Positions 10,094 through 19,049 of a stretch of 64,000 nt of DNA are shown here, piece by piece. The position numbers were made by a program, and so were the translations under genes. Origin of the DNA: Patescibacteria group bacterium (GTDB lineage Bacteria; Patescibacteriota; Patescibacteriia; JAHJFT01); NCBI GenBank assembly GCA_028710985.1, contig JAQTTB010000001.1, positions 167,397 to 231,396 on the forward strand, in the 5' to 3' direction. The notes under the pieces are model-generated. The model ran no database searches. It saw only the letters and a list, made by a program, of their open reading frames with translations, and was not told where the DNA came from. The stretch's first letter is position 1, and the number at the start of each line of letters is the position of its first letter.

Positions 10094-12387
10094 TCTGCCG
10101 TAAATTCCTGCGTCCAATCCGGTAACTCCGGCGCATCCGCTGTTTCGAGAAGCTCGCGCCACTTCCCGTCAGTCAGCCGGTCGCTCATCGGCCATGGAAA
10201 TTCATAATAAGAGAATGCTCCGCCCTTCGCGATGCGAAGCGCGCCGTCGATTGGAACAATCACGAGGATCTCCGAAACATTACCCACGCCCTCCTCGAGA
10301 ACATAACCCCTCGGATCGGTTGCCACATCCGCGATAATCGCCGCCGGACGGTCATCGAGTTGCGACACGGATAATATACCTTCGTTGCGGAAGGCTTCGA
10401 TCCAGAAATGTTCCAGCTGGCCGCCGAACGAACGGATTATTTCATATTCATCATCAGTGAGAGATACATTCTCAAGTTCTTTTTCAGAAATCGTCTTGAG
10501 CGAGAGCGTCAGCTCTTCCATGCGCGCGAGATTATCCTGATTGTCATCGCTCAAAAGATCGCGAATATCTAAACCCTCGCGCGTCATTTTAGTAAGCGCG
10601 GCAAGGCGTGCGTAAACATACGGATTGGGTTCAACATAACCGCGGTCGTCAACCTGCTCCTGGGGCCCGCCGCCAAGTTCGGCATAAACCTGCTTGGCAT
10701 AAAGAATCGTATCATGCTTGAGTTCGGCCCATGATCCGAGGTAAGTATTGATCTCCTTGCGCGCCCACGCGAGATTGGTCATAAAAACCGGATATCCGTA
10801 ATCCTTCTTGCCCGTAAGCGGCAAAATTGAATAAAGCCAGCCCCAGTAAAGATTCTGCGTCCAGGTTTCGGCATCAAGCCCCTTGATATATTCCCTCATC
10901 TTGCCCATGTTTTCGGGATAATTTTCATATTTCGTTTCTCCCGCCTGCTGCAAGATGCTGTAAGCCTCGGCCGAACCCATTGCCGCCGGAATATCCAGGC
11001 CCTTGGGCAACATGCGGCGCGCGCCGTCCGGATTTTCCTTGACCTCGCGGTAAACAAGTCGCTGAAAAACCGACGCATCAAGCGTGAAGCGCTGGCCCAT
11101 GAACCGGAAACCCAAAATCTCGCGCTCGCGGTCCGGATTCAGGCTTTCGTCAAATATCGGAATTGAATTGATTTGCGGCGGGGCAAGCTTTTTTGCCCCC
11201 TCCCAGAAATTCATGAATTTGTTCTCGTCGCCGAGAATTCCCGCGCTGTCGGTTTCAAGCCCGTAGACCTGCTCCACGAGTTTACCGAGATCGTAAAAAG
11301 AAATATCATCGCTCTTTCCCACGAAGAAATTCGTGGGCTCGTAAATTCTCTCCCACACGTCTTTGTTGCTCTCGTTCATGAGTGCCACGGTGATAAGGAG
11401 CGCGGAACGTGTCTCATCGTCGCTCTTGAAACGAAAAGTCATCCGGCCATACCACATCATTGATTTAAAATATGCTTTTAGTTCCTCACTTCGATCATAA
11501 TGCCCGCGTGGAATATATTGCGAATAATCTTCTTCGAGATTTTCAACCGGATTAACCGGCGCCTGCTCGCCATCGCTACGCCCGCCTGCCATCGCCTGGC
11601 CGGCGTAGGCCTGGCGGGCAGGCTCAGGCGTTAGCGGGCGAGCGCCTGCGTTCATGAGCGGCGAAACCGCGATCCCCTGGTGCGCGGCGATGAGAGCGAG
11701 CTCGGCATTCACTAGGTCACTGACGTAATCCGGAGTCTCAATGCTCGAATCGAGCAGTTTGCTTCCAACCGCGAAAAATCCGACGCTCCTTTTTGCCGCG
11801 TTCTCCCAGGCGGTGCCGCGCAGATCCTCATACTGCTTTTCGCTCTCCGCGAGCATCAGGGCGTTGAGATTCTTGAGCTCGGCCGCAAGATACTCCTCCT
11901 CCACGGTTTTCAGGAGATGATCGAACAAGAGATGATAATTATGCAAAATCGAATCCGTGGTTACAAAATTCGGAATATTGTCATATCGGTTCGATTCATA
12001 CACTGAAAAAAATTCTTTATACGCGGCCGGAATAACCACAAAAGCATCCTTTGCAAGTAGCTCCTCGGCGCTTGAAGAAAATTCAAATTTGTCCCGGTTG
12101 GTGATATTGGCAAAATCCGCTTCAACGGCGTAAATCGGCACCCGGGCGGTAAAACTGACCGGCACGGCCTCATAGTCCGCGAAACGCGACGCCACGGCAA
12201 CCGGCGGTTCAACCAAATCGCCGATCGCGTCGCCGATATTCTGGATGATGTCCCCGGTTTTTCCGCCGGATGAATAATTCGCCAGATACAAATAAACGCC
12301 CGCGCCCGCTAATCCAACAAGGGCGACGATCAAAATTATTAAAATCACGTTTACTCCGCGGCTCTTTTTTGCTTTTTGTTTGGGCAT
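10090..12387 (-). CDS. DUF3160 domain membrane-anchored protein
   Basis: N-terminal TM; FVTTDSILH, DYSQYIPRGHY, WAELKHDTILYAKQ, GYVEPNP, SYYEF. Confidence 0.85.
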   Translation of the reverse strand: MPKQKAKKSRGVNVILIILIVALVGLAGAGVYLYLANYSSGGKTGDIIQNIGDAIGDLVEPPVAVASRFADYEAVPVSFTARVPIYAVEADFANITNRDKFEFSSSAEELLAKDAFVVIPAAYKEFFSVYESNRYDNIPNFVTTDSILHNYHLLFDHLLKTVEEEYLAAELKNLNALMLAESEKQYEDLRGTAWENAAKRSVGFFAVGSKLLDSSIETPDYVSDLVNAELALIAAHQGIAVSPLMNAGARPLTPEPARQAYAGQAMAGGRSDGEQAPVNPVENLEEDYSQYIPRGHYDRSEELKAYFKSMMWYGRMTFRFKSDDETRSALLITVALMNESNKDVWERIYEPTNFFVGKSDDISFYDLGKLVEQVYGLETDSAGILGDENKFMNFWEGAKKLAPPQINSIPIFDESLNPDREREILGFRFMGQRFTLDASVFQRLVYREVKENPDGARRMLPKGLDIPAAMGSAEAYSILQQAGETKYENYPENMGKMREYIKGLDAETWTQNLYWGWLYSILPLTGKKDYGYPVFMTNLAWARKEINTYLGSWAELKHDTILYAKQVYAELGGGPQEQVDDRGYVEPNPYVYARLAALTKMTREGLDIRDLLSDDNQDNLARMEELTLSLKTISEKELENVSLTDDEYEIIRSFGGQLEHFWIEAFRNEGILSVSQLDDRPAAIIADVATDPRGYVLEEGVGNVSEILVIVPIDGALRIAKGGAFSYYEFPWPMSDRLTDGKWRELLETADAPELPDWTQEFTAE
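11565..11643. repeat. Nested palindromic element inserted in-frame in the DUF3160 gene
   Basis: gctcgcc...ggcgagc outer arms enclosing cccgcc...ggcgggcaggc; reads ARPLTPEPARQAYAGQAMAGGRSDGE. Confidence 0.65.
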
Positions 12388-12453
12388 ACTGTTTTTATTA
12401 ATTTTTCAAAATGTCTGGAATGGTCGCACAGTCCAATTTGGGACTTGCAAAAG

Positions 12454-13086
12454 CTAAATATTTTCTATTCTTTTATAACAAGTTAATTCGGCACCCTCAA
12501 TCTGAAAAGATTTTTCAAATTTAATTGCATCAGATTTATAAAAGGCTTCTCCGTCGAATGAAGGATCGTGAATTACTATCTCATCACCATTAATATCTAA
12601 TATAACCACCCTATGCAAAGAATAACGCGGCGGTTCTTCACCATATATTACCCATGGGTCTAGCATAACATCACAAACATAGTCTTTAGAAAAAAAATCC
12701 TTCAGCAAGGACACTGTCGGCTTTTGATAATAAAATTTAAAATTCTTACTTGCCAATAAATACTTAAGATCAACTTGATATTCGGCGGGATTAGCGATTC
12801 TATCGTTTAAAAAAATAAACGCCTTGGGGTCAATGTCTTCCCGAAATTTTGAGAATCCATCTTTCGCCCAAGTATTATAATTATTCTCACTAAAATCCAC
12901 AATCTCAACATCATTCTTTTCCACTAAAAACTTCCAAAAAGGAGCGAATCCTATTTCAGATTTTGTAATTTTTAAGATATCCTCCAGTGAATAATGCAAG
13001 CCCAGGGCATTCGCCACCATCGTGAAGTCTGCCGACGCGCAAGATGTTTCATCGATTTGTTTAATTTGAAGAATATTATATTTCAT
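12454..13086 (-). CDS. Peptidase C39-like protein
   Basis: QIDETSC...HRVVILD...IHDP (Gln/Cys/His/Asp papain-like arrangement); AT-rich. Confidence 0.65.
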   Translation of the reverse strand: MKYNILQIKQIDETSCASADFTMVANALGLHYSLEDILKITKSEIGFAPFWKFLVEKNDVEIVDFSENNYNTWAKDGFSKFREDIDPKAFIFLNDRIANPAEYQVDLKYLLASKNFKFYYQKPTVSLLKDFFSKDYVCDVMLDPWVIYGEEPPRYSLHRVVILDINGDEIVIHDPSFDGEAFYKSDAIKFEKSFQIEGAELTCYKRIENI

Positions 13087-13148
13087 TGTCTAAACCAATC
13101 AAATAATATAGTATATTAAGTGTATATTATATAAATTACAGCAAAACA

Positions 13149-14186
13149 ATGAAAAAATCAATGGAAGCAATATCTTTAAAGTGGGTAAGCCCTTTTTGGT
13201 ATTTAGGCTGTGATCAAAATTGCCAAGAATGTTTTATAGGTGAAAAAAATCGCGTAATTACTAATCTAGATATCAGGAAAAAAGCGATAGATACTCTGGC
13301 AAATAATAAAACCGAGGAAATTTTTTTATGTGGTGGTAACCCGATATTAGATCCGTTTATTGAAAAAACAGTTGAATATATCAAAACAAAAAAAATTTTA
13401 GTCGAGCTATTGAGCAACAGCTGGGATATTAATGGAAATAAATCTATAAAAAATAAAGAAAAATTTCTTCGTAATATTGATGATAGGGCCGCTACCTTTT
13501 GGGGAGGAGATGCTCAGACTCATGACAAAATATGCGGCTGCGTTGGCTCTTTTTCTAGATTAATGAATAACTTGGAAAAAATTTCCCGACAAGGATATCC
13601 TGTAATCTGTATTTTAAATGTCGTGCCGCAAAATAAAAATGACATTTATAAAACAATTAAAGAACTTAAAAGTAAAATTAATATAACTAAAGTCTGGTTG
13701 CAAAGAATATTCCCATATGGCAATGCGCTGCAAAGTGATTCTTCGACAATTTCGTTGCGACCTAATGATTTTAATTTAATTTTGAAACAATTAGTTAAGG
13801 CAAAGAATGATTTCAATTTAACGGATATATCTCTTGATTCAACTCCGCCTTTCTGCATGGTTGATAAAAAGTATTTCCAACTTATAGAAACATATAAGAG
13901 AGGGCTTTCGTTTTGGGCCTTAGATTATAAATGTAGATTATTTGGGGAATCTTTTGATGTTATAAATCCAGAATTTGCCCTGTTTGATGGAAAACCAATT
14001 TATGAAGTTGATAATCTGATCAATACAATCAAAAAAGATCCCCGAACGCAAGAGATCTTTGCCAAAAAATATTTACCCGAGAAATGCAAAATATGTGATA
14101 TCGATGAATGCTTCGGCGGATATTTAGTAAGAGATAAAGACGGACAATTAATAGTTGACCCCGTTCTATCAAAAAATTTAAGCTAA
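13149..14186 (+). CDS. Radical SAM protein with SPASM/Twitch-like C-terminal cysteines
   Basis: CDQNCQEC (CxxxCxxC), GGNP, HDKICG..GSF, C-terminal CKICDIDECFGG. Confidence 0.85.
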   Translation: MKKSMEAISLKWVSPFWYLGCDQNCQECFIGEKNRVITNLDIRKKAIDTLANNKTEEIFLCGGNPILDPFIEKTVEYIKTKKILVELLSNSWDINGNKSIKNKEKFLRNIDDRAATFWGGDAQTHDKICGCVGSFSRLMNNLEKISRQGYPVICILNVVPQNKNDIYKTIKELKSKINITKVWLQRIFPYGNALQSDSSTISLRPNDFNLILKQLVKAKNDFNLTDISLDSTPPFCMVDKKYFQLIETYKRGLSFWALDYKCRLFGESFDVINPEFALFDGKPIYEVDNLINTIKKDPRTQEIFAKKYLPEKCKICDIDECFGGYLVRDKDGQLIVDPVLSKNLS

Positions 14187-14903
14187 TTTACCTCCATCTA
14201 CGGGAAGGCAAACTCCGTTTATATAACTAGCTTCCTCGCTTATAAAAAATGAAATGGTATTCACTATTTCTAATAAATCCGCCATCCTACCGATTGGGGT
14301 AGACTGTTCATAATTTATAATTTCCCTTTTAAATTCTTCTGTATTTTTTGAGTAAAATCTAGCGGCATTAATTGCCATACCTTTTCTACCTATAGCGGCG
14401 GGACAAATAGAATTGCAAGTAATATTATACTTAGCATACTCTTTAGCCATTGTTCTCGTCAGTCCATTTAAAGCAAACTTCGTTACGTTATATGAAACAG
14501 TATATTCATATCCTCTTAAACCATTGATTGAAGAGATATTAACAATTCTGCCCCAATTTTGTTTCATCATATGAGGCAACACTAGCTTAGAAATTTTAAA
14601 AGGAAGCATTAAGTTTACTTCAAATGCTTTACGCATCATTTCATCTTTAACAGTATGGGTTGCCCCTCCGAACGAGCCGACTCCGACTGCATTAATTACA
14701 ATATCAAAATTTTTGGGTACTTTTCTTATATCTAAGTCCACGACCTGGATTGGACGGGCAGAAAATTTTTTACCTAAAGCTCCTGCTTCTTTTTTTGAAC
14801 TGTTATAGGTAAATGATATCTCATATCGTTTCTTGAGAGAAAGGATCTCTAGCAATTCTTTACCTAAAGCACCAGTACCGCCGGTAATTAATATTTTTTT
14901 CAT
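14178..14903 (-). CDS. Short-chain dehydrogenase/reductase (FabG-like)
   Basis: TGGTGALG, GRIVNISS, YNVTK catalytic motif, ASYINGVCLPVDGG. Confidence 0.92.
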   Translation of the reverse strand: MKKILITGGTGALGKELLEILSLKKRYEISFTYNSSKKEAGALGKKFSARPIQVVDLDIRKVPKNFDIVINAVGVGSFGGATHTVKDEMMRKAFEVNLMLPFKISKLVLPHMMKQNWGRIVNISSINGLRGYEYTVSYNVTKFALNGLTRTMAKEYAKYNITCNSICPAAIGRKGMAINAARFYSKNTEEFKREIINYEQSTPIGRMADLLEIVNTISFFISEEASYINGVCLPVDGGKLA

Positions 14904-15023
14904 AAAAATTAATTAAATTTGTTTATAAATGAATTATACCATTTCTTACTGCTTAAACACAAAAAATCGCCGTTTAGGCGATTTTTTTAACTACTCGAGT
15001 CTCTAGATAAAAAAGTCTTTTAA

Positions 15024-15096
15024 TCGGGCTGACCGGACTCGAACCGGCGACCTTACCCACCCCAAGGGTACGCGCTACCAACTGCGCTACAGCCCG
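15024..15096 (-). tRNA. tRNA-Pro(GGG)
   Basis: Minus strand cgggctgtagcgcagttggtagcgcg-taccc-ttGGGgt-gggta-aggtcgccggttcgagtccggtcagcccga. Confidence 0.95.
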
Positions 15097-15127
15097 GCAA
15101 AATATTATCGAAATGCTTTATTTTAGT

Positions 15128-15189
15128 CCCGACTTCCGCGAAGCGGAACGTCGGGGCGCTACAGCCTGCCTGCCCGCTAGGCAGGCCCG
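15128..15189 (-). pseudogene. Remnant of tRNA-Pro 5' end interrupted by and abutting palindromic elements
   Basis: gcgctacag+[cctgcctgcccgctaggcagg]+cccg rebuilds the first 13 nt of tRNA-Pro; adjacent palindrome cccgacttccgcgaagcggaacgtcggg. Confidence 0.5.
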
Positions 15190-15246
15190 CTGATACAATA
15201 CGAGATTACCATCTTAAGTGCGGTTTGTAAACAAATTTGACATTAG

Positions 15247-15400
15247 AAAAAGCCTCCTTATTGTAGGGCTGTGCCGCGATACGAAACTCGTACCGCCGCA
15301 CAGCCCTTAATAAAGAGGCCTGGAATCGAGGGGGTCGGAGGCAAGCCCCAATAATGGGTGCCGAAATCGGCAAAATGCTCGCTCCCCCTCCTCAATTACA
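15247..15400 (-). ncRNA. Candidate structured ncRNA, family unknown
   Basis: Two extensive stem-loops ending in a U run; upstream TTGACG-17-TATTTT on minus strand; no ORF. Confidence 0.45.
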
Positions 15401-15453
15401 TTAAAAAATATAATTGATTGGGGTTTGCGTCAACGTACATTATCCACAGCGTC

Positions 15454-15918
15454 TTACGCTGCCATCACTCCGCCGCCGGTTTCACTATTTTTCGCATATT
15501 GATTATCCAGATATTCCTGCGCCAAATCCCAGGCGGATTCAACGTCTTGATTGCTGAGTGTGGCGCGTGCCCCATGCGCCCCGTAAGAGGCTTCGAGACC
15601 CATAAGCGCCTGTACAAAATCCTGATTTAACTTGAGCGTCTCGATCTGTTCTTCCCGGGTGACGCCCGGCACCGGACGCCATTCAAATTTGGGATGCTTG
15701 TCGAAAAATTCCGGCAGCACCATATAGGCAAGTGCTTCAACCGCCTGGCGTCTTGGCGCATTTTCCGGCAATTTATTCAAATGTTCGCGCGCCGTATCTC
15801 CCCCGGCAGTTGATTCAAATTCTTCCGCCTGGACCACCGACTTAGCTTCGCGCATAATCTCTTCCGGCAGCGGCTGCTCGGGTCTCGGCCTACTTGTTTC
15901 GTATCCAAAAAATTTCAT
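15454..15918 (-). CDS. Hypothetical protein
   Basis: 154-aa ORF co-oriented with ndk; no recognised motif. Confidence 0.7.
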   Translation of the reverse strand: MKFFGYETSRPRPEQPLPEEIMREAKSVVQAEEFESTAGGDTAREHLNKLPENAPRRQAVEALAYMVLPEFFDKHPKFEWRPVPGVTREEQIETLKLNQDFVQALMGLEASYGAHGARATLSNQDVESAWDLAQEYLDNQYAKNSETGGGVMAA

Positions 15919-15936
15919 ATTTTTCTATTTAGAAAT

Positions 15937-16533
15937 TTATCCGAACATTATATCTTCGTCCACGCGTTTATAATCCTGAATTTCCTCGTTGTGAAACCAG
16001 AGCTGTTTTTCATATTCCGCCTCTTCGGCATTTCCCGAGGCATGCACCAGATTATGCACCGCGCGCTTACGAGCGTTTGCGAGAGCCGGCGAATCCAGCG
16101 AATAATCGCCGCGGATGGTGCCCGGTTCGGCAAAAACCGGAAGCGTCGCGCCCACCACCATGCGCACATTGTCAATCGCGTGCGGACCCTCAAGAAGAAT
16201 CGCCACCACCGGACCGGACGACAAAAAATCCATGTTCCAGCGGTTTACCATCTTTCCGATTTCGAGCGGGTTCTTGGTTCCGAGCTCTTCGCCCGGATCC
16301 TTACCGAATTTTTCATAAGTATCCAACGTTTTCTTTCCGATTCCCTCAAGAAGCGCGGTGCGCGCTTCGGGATAATGTTTGCCGGCAAAATCCTTGTCCA
16401 CCCAAATCATTTTCATGGCCGCGATCTTCAGTCCGGCTTTCTCAAAACGGGACACAATCTCACCCACGAGCCCCCTCTTAACGCCGTCCGGCTTAACCAG
16501 CACCAAACTTTGCTCTTTCGCGATGTCTGACAT
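15937..16533 (-). CDS. ndk: Nucleoside diphosphate kinase
   Basis: LVKPDGVKRGLVGEIVSRFE, SGPVVA, PGTIRGD, NLVHASG; start at ATG 16533. Confidence 0.95.
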   Translation of the reverse strand: MSDIAKEQSLVLVKPDGVKRGLVGEIVSRFEKAGLKIAAMKMIWVDKDFAGKHYPEARTALLEGIGKKTLDTYEKFGKDPGEELGTKNPLEIGKMVNRWNMDFLSSGPVVAILLEGPHAIDNVRMVVGATLPVFAEPGTIRGDYSLDSPALANARKRAVHNLVHASGNAEEAEYEKQLWFHNEEIQDYKRVDEDIMFG

Positions 16534-16598
16534 ATTTTTAATCAATAATTGACTTAATTTATCATATTTTAGCACAAAGCGCCGAAAAAATCAAGGGT

Positions 16599-17459
16599 TC
16601 AAAATGTAAAATTTTTACCGTCACTTGTAAATATTACCGTACCGCCTAAATCAGTTCGTTTAATTTCCATCCCCGCTCTTTCCAATCGCTTGATAGTCCT
16701 CTCCGACGGATGCCCGAAATCATTTCCTTGTCCCACTGATATCACCGCATTTTTTGCGCCAACCGCGAGCAAAAATCCTTCATCCGATGAATATTCACTG
16801 CCATGATGCCCGATCTTGAGGACATCGGCCGCAACATCCTGTCCCGACATAATGAGCCCGACTTCGCCCTCAATCCCGAGATCGCCTGTAAACAACGCCC
16901 GCGTCTCTCCATATCGCACCGCAAACACGATGCTCGTGTCATTTAAATTTTCCACGCGCTGGCCGGAAAATGATTCTTTCGGAAATAGAACCTCAAGCCT
17001 TACCCCACCGGGCAAACCTTCCTCGAACGGAGCATCCACGATTTGGGTGGTAATATTTTTTTCCTGAATCAATTTTAAGAATTCAATGTAATCGCTTGAA
17101 GTATGCAGGACCCCGGTCATATAAACTTTTCCGACATCATACCGCCGCAAAACCTCAACCAGCCCGGCCACGTGGTCGGAATGCGGATGCGTAAGCACCA
17201 CGGCGTCAATCGAACGGTCCCAAAAAGGCATGGCATCGCCAAGTTGTGTGAGAATCGATTTATCCGGTCCGCCATCAATTAAAATCTGATATTTCTCCGA
17301 CGTTTCAATAAAAATCGCGTCCCCCTGGCCGACATCAAGGGCTTCGATCGTGAGGCGCGGTCCGTCGGTACCCGCGGCCCGATCTCTCGAAATATCAAGA
17401 TACGCGTACACGAGCGCCGCGACCGCAAGAATGGCAATTAAAAATTTTGCGTGTTTCAT
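16599..17459 (-). CDS. ComEC/Rec2 metallo-beta-lactamase domain protein (split C-terminal part)
   Basis: DVGQGD, ILIDGG, THPHSDH, LFTGD, KIGHHGS, NDFGHP. Confidence 0.92.
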   Translation of the reverse strand: MKHAKFLIAILAVAALVYAYLDISRDRAAGTDGPRLTIEALDVGQGDAIFIETSEKYQILIDGGPDKSILTQLGDAMPFWDRSIDAVVLTHPHSDHVAGLVEVLRRYDVGKVYMTGVLHTSSDYIEFLKLIQEKNITTQIVDAPFEEGLPGGVRLEVLFPKESFSGQRVENLNDTSIVFAVRYGETRALFTGDLGIEGEVGLIMSGQDVAADVLKIGHHGSEYSSDEGFLLAVGAKNAVISVGQGNDFGHPSERTIKRLERAGMEIKRTDLGGTVIFTSDGKNFTF

Positions 17460-17466
17460 TTTATAC

Positions 17467-18966
17467 TTATAATCTTTTATTTCCACAATATACCCAAATC
17501 AGAAGCCAGACGTACATGGCGATCAAAAATATGACGTGAAAAGCCGGCACTTGGACCTGTGCCCATGGAATACTCGCCAGAATCTCCGCGGCCTTGAGCA
17601 TGTAAGTAAGCGTGAGCCACGGCAATGTGGAAAAAATCACCGCGATCCACGGCGCGACGAAGCCGATGAGCACCGCGGCAAATCCAAGCGCCATGGTAAT
17701 GGGCACGGCCGGAAGAATCAGGAGATTCGCCACCGGCGCGATGAGCGAAAACCGGCTGAACTGAAAAATAATGAGCGGTGCGGTCGCGACAATCGCCGCG
17801 ATCGTGGAAGTAAGCGACTCCTGGAGTCCCAAAATTTTCGGCACGCGACTAAACCACGGTTCAAGAAGCGGCGCGAGATACACGAGTCCCACGGTTGAAA
17901 TAAATGAAAGCTGGAACCCGGCGTCAAACATGAGAACGCGCGGATTTACAGCGCACATGAGCCCTGCTGTGAGTGCAAGCACGTTAAAAATTCTTGACGC
18001 CCGTCCGGACTGTTTGGCCGCGAGCACGAGAACGCCCATAATACCGGCGCGCACCACCGAAGCCGAGGCGCCTGTAAATATCACGAAAATAATTATTGCC
18101 CCGACTATCCAGGGAAACGCCTTGCGCCGCGAAAATCCCAGTCCGAATGCCATCGCGAGAAGCACGGACGCCACGATGGTTATGTTATACCCGGAAATCG
18201 CCACAATGTGCGATACGCCGGTCGCCTGAAAATTATTCTTTACGTCATCCGGCAAACCGCTTCGCGCTCCATAAAGTATTCCGGCAAGCAGGCTTGCCTG
18301 CGGTTCGGAAAAAATCCGGTTCGTCATTTCGGCGAATTTGCTTTTCACGAAAAGCAAGCCGGATAAAACCGGATTGCCGCTCCCGGAAGAAACAAGTTTG
18401 ATTTCCGCGCGCGGATAACAAAGCGCAAATATACCGTCTTTGCCCAAATACTCGTCATAGCGGAAATCCTCAATCGCCTCCGGTTTTCTGATCTCGCACG
18501 CCGTTTCAATGATATCACCATATTTAAACTCCGGAAAAAGCCCGGCCGAAACCAACACGCGGCCGCCAACGCTCCGATCCTCGGGAGAAATTATTCTTTG
18601 CGCCGCGACCGTGTATTTAATGCCGTCAATCCGCGCGTCCGGTTCAGCCGCAACAACGCCCTGCCAGGTTATATATTCATCATAATGCCCCTGGATTTTA
18701 TCCGCCCGGAAATCCGGCAGGCTCGCGGAAAATCGCCACGCGCCCAAAATAACGAATAAAGCCGAAAAACAGATCAATCTAACTCGTTTATTTTTCCAAA
18801 AAACGCTCAAAAAAAATATGGCGGCCGCACCCGCGCTCGCCGGCAGCCACCATTCAAAATTTCTTTGAGCGATCGATTCCGCCGCAATGCCGACGATGAA
18901 CGCAAAACAGCAGATTAAAAATATTTTTGATTTTGAGTGAGCTATTACGGTGAGACTATTCCTCAT
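17467..18966 (-). CDS. comEC: ComEC/Rec2 competence channel (DUF4131 + Competence domain)
   Basis: GVSHIVAISGYN, SASVVRAGIM, DAGFQLSF, multiple TMs. Confidence 0.92.
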   Translation of the reverse strand: MRNSLTVIAHSKSKIFLICCFAFIVGIAAESIAQRNFEWWLPASAGAAAIFFLSVFWKNKRVRLICFSALFVILGAWRFSASLPDFRADKIQGHYDEYITWQGVVAAEPDARIDGIKYTVAAQRIISPEDRSVGGRVLVSAGLFPEFKYGDIIETACEIRKPEAIEDFRYDEYLGKDGIFALCYPRAEIKLVSSGSGNPVLSGLLFVKSKFAEMTNRIFSEPQASLLAGILYGARSGLPDDVKNNFQATGVSHIVAISGYNITIVASVLLAMAFGLGFSRRKAFPWIVGAIIIFVIFTGASASVVRAGIMGVLVLAAKQSGRASRIFNVLALTAGLMCAVNPRVLMFDAGFQLSFISTVGLVYLAPLLEPWFSRVPKILGLQESLTSTIAAIVATAPLIIFQFSRFSLIAPVANLLILPAVPITMALGFAAVLIGFVAPWIAVIFSTLPWLTLTYMLKAAEILASIPWAQVQVPAFHVIFLIAMYVWLLIWVYCGNKRL

Positions 18967-18974
18967 ATTGAGCG

Positions 18975-19049
18975 TGGATTCCCGCTTTCGCGGGAATGAC
19001 AATTGTAAGGTTTTCGTTTTTGCGTCATTCCCGCGCAGGCGGGAATCCA
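18975..19049. repeat. Inverted pair of dRS3-like (ATTCCC-N8-GGGAAT) repeats
   Basis: tggattcccgctttcgcgggaatgac (18975-19000) and gtcattcccgcgcaggcgggaatcca (19024-19049). Confidence 0.85.

Noticed and set aside
12390..15023. Integrated element with att repeat at tRNA-Pro
   Set aside because: No duplicate of the tRNA 3' end found near 12400 and no integrase; kept only as an AT-rich islet.
16599..18966. Split comEC as a frameshifted pseudogene
   Set aside because: Both parts have intact motifs and the second has its own N-terminal hydrophobic anchor; separate genes are common in this group.
18966..19002. ORF-track N-terminal extensions of comEC (MSFPRKRES) and truB (27840-27944)
   Set aside because: The extensions are translated REP sequence; downstream ATGs match the family starts.
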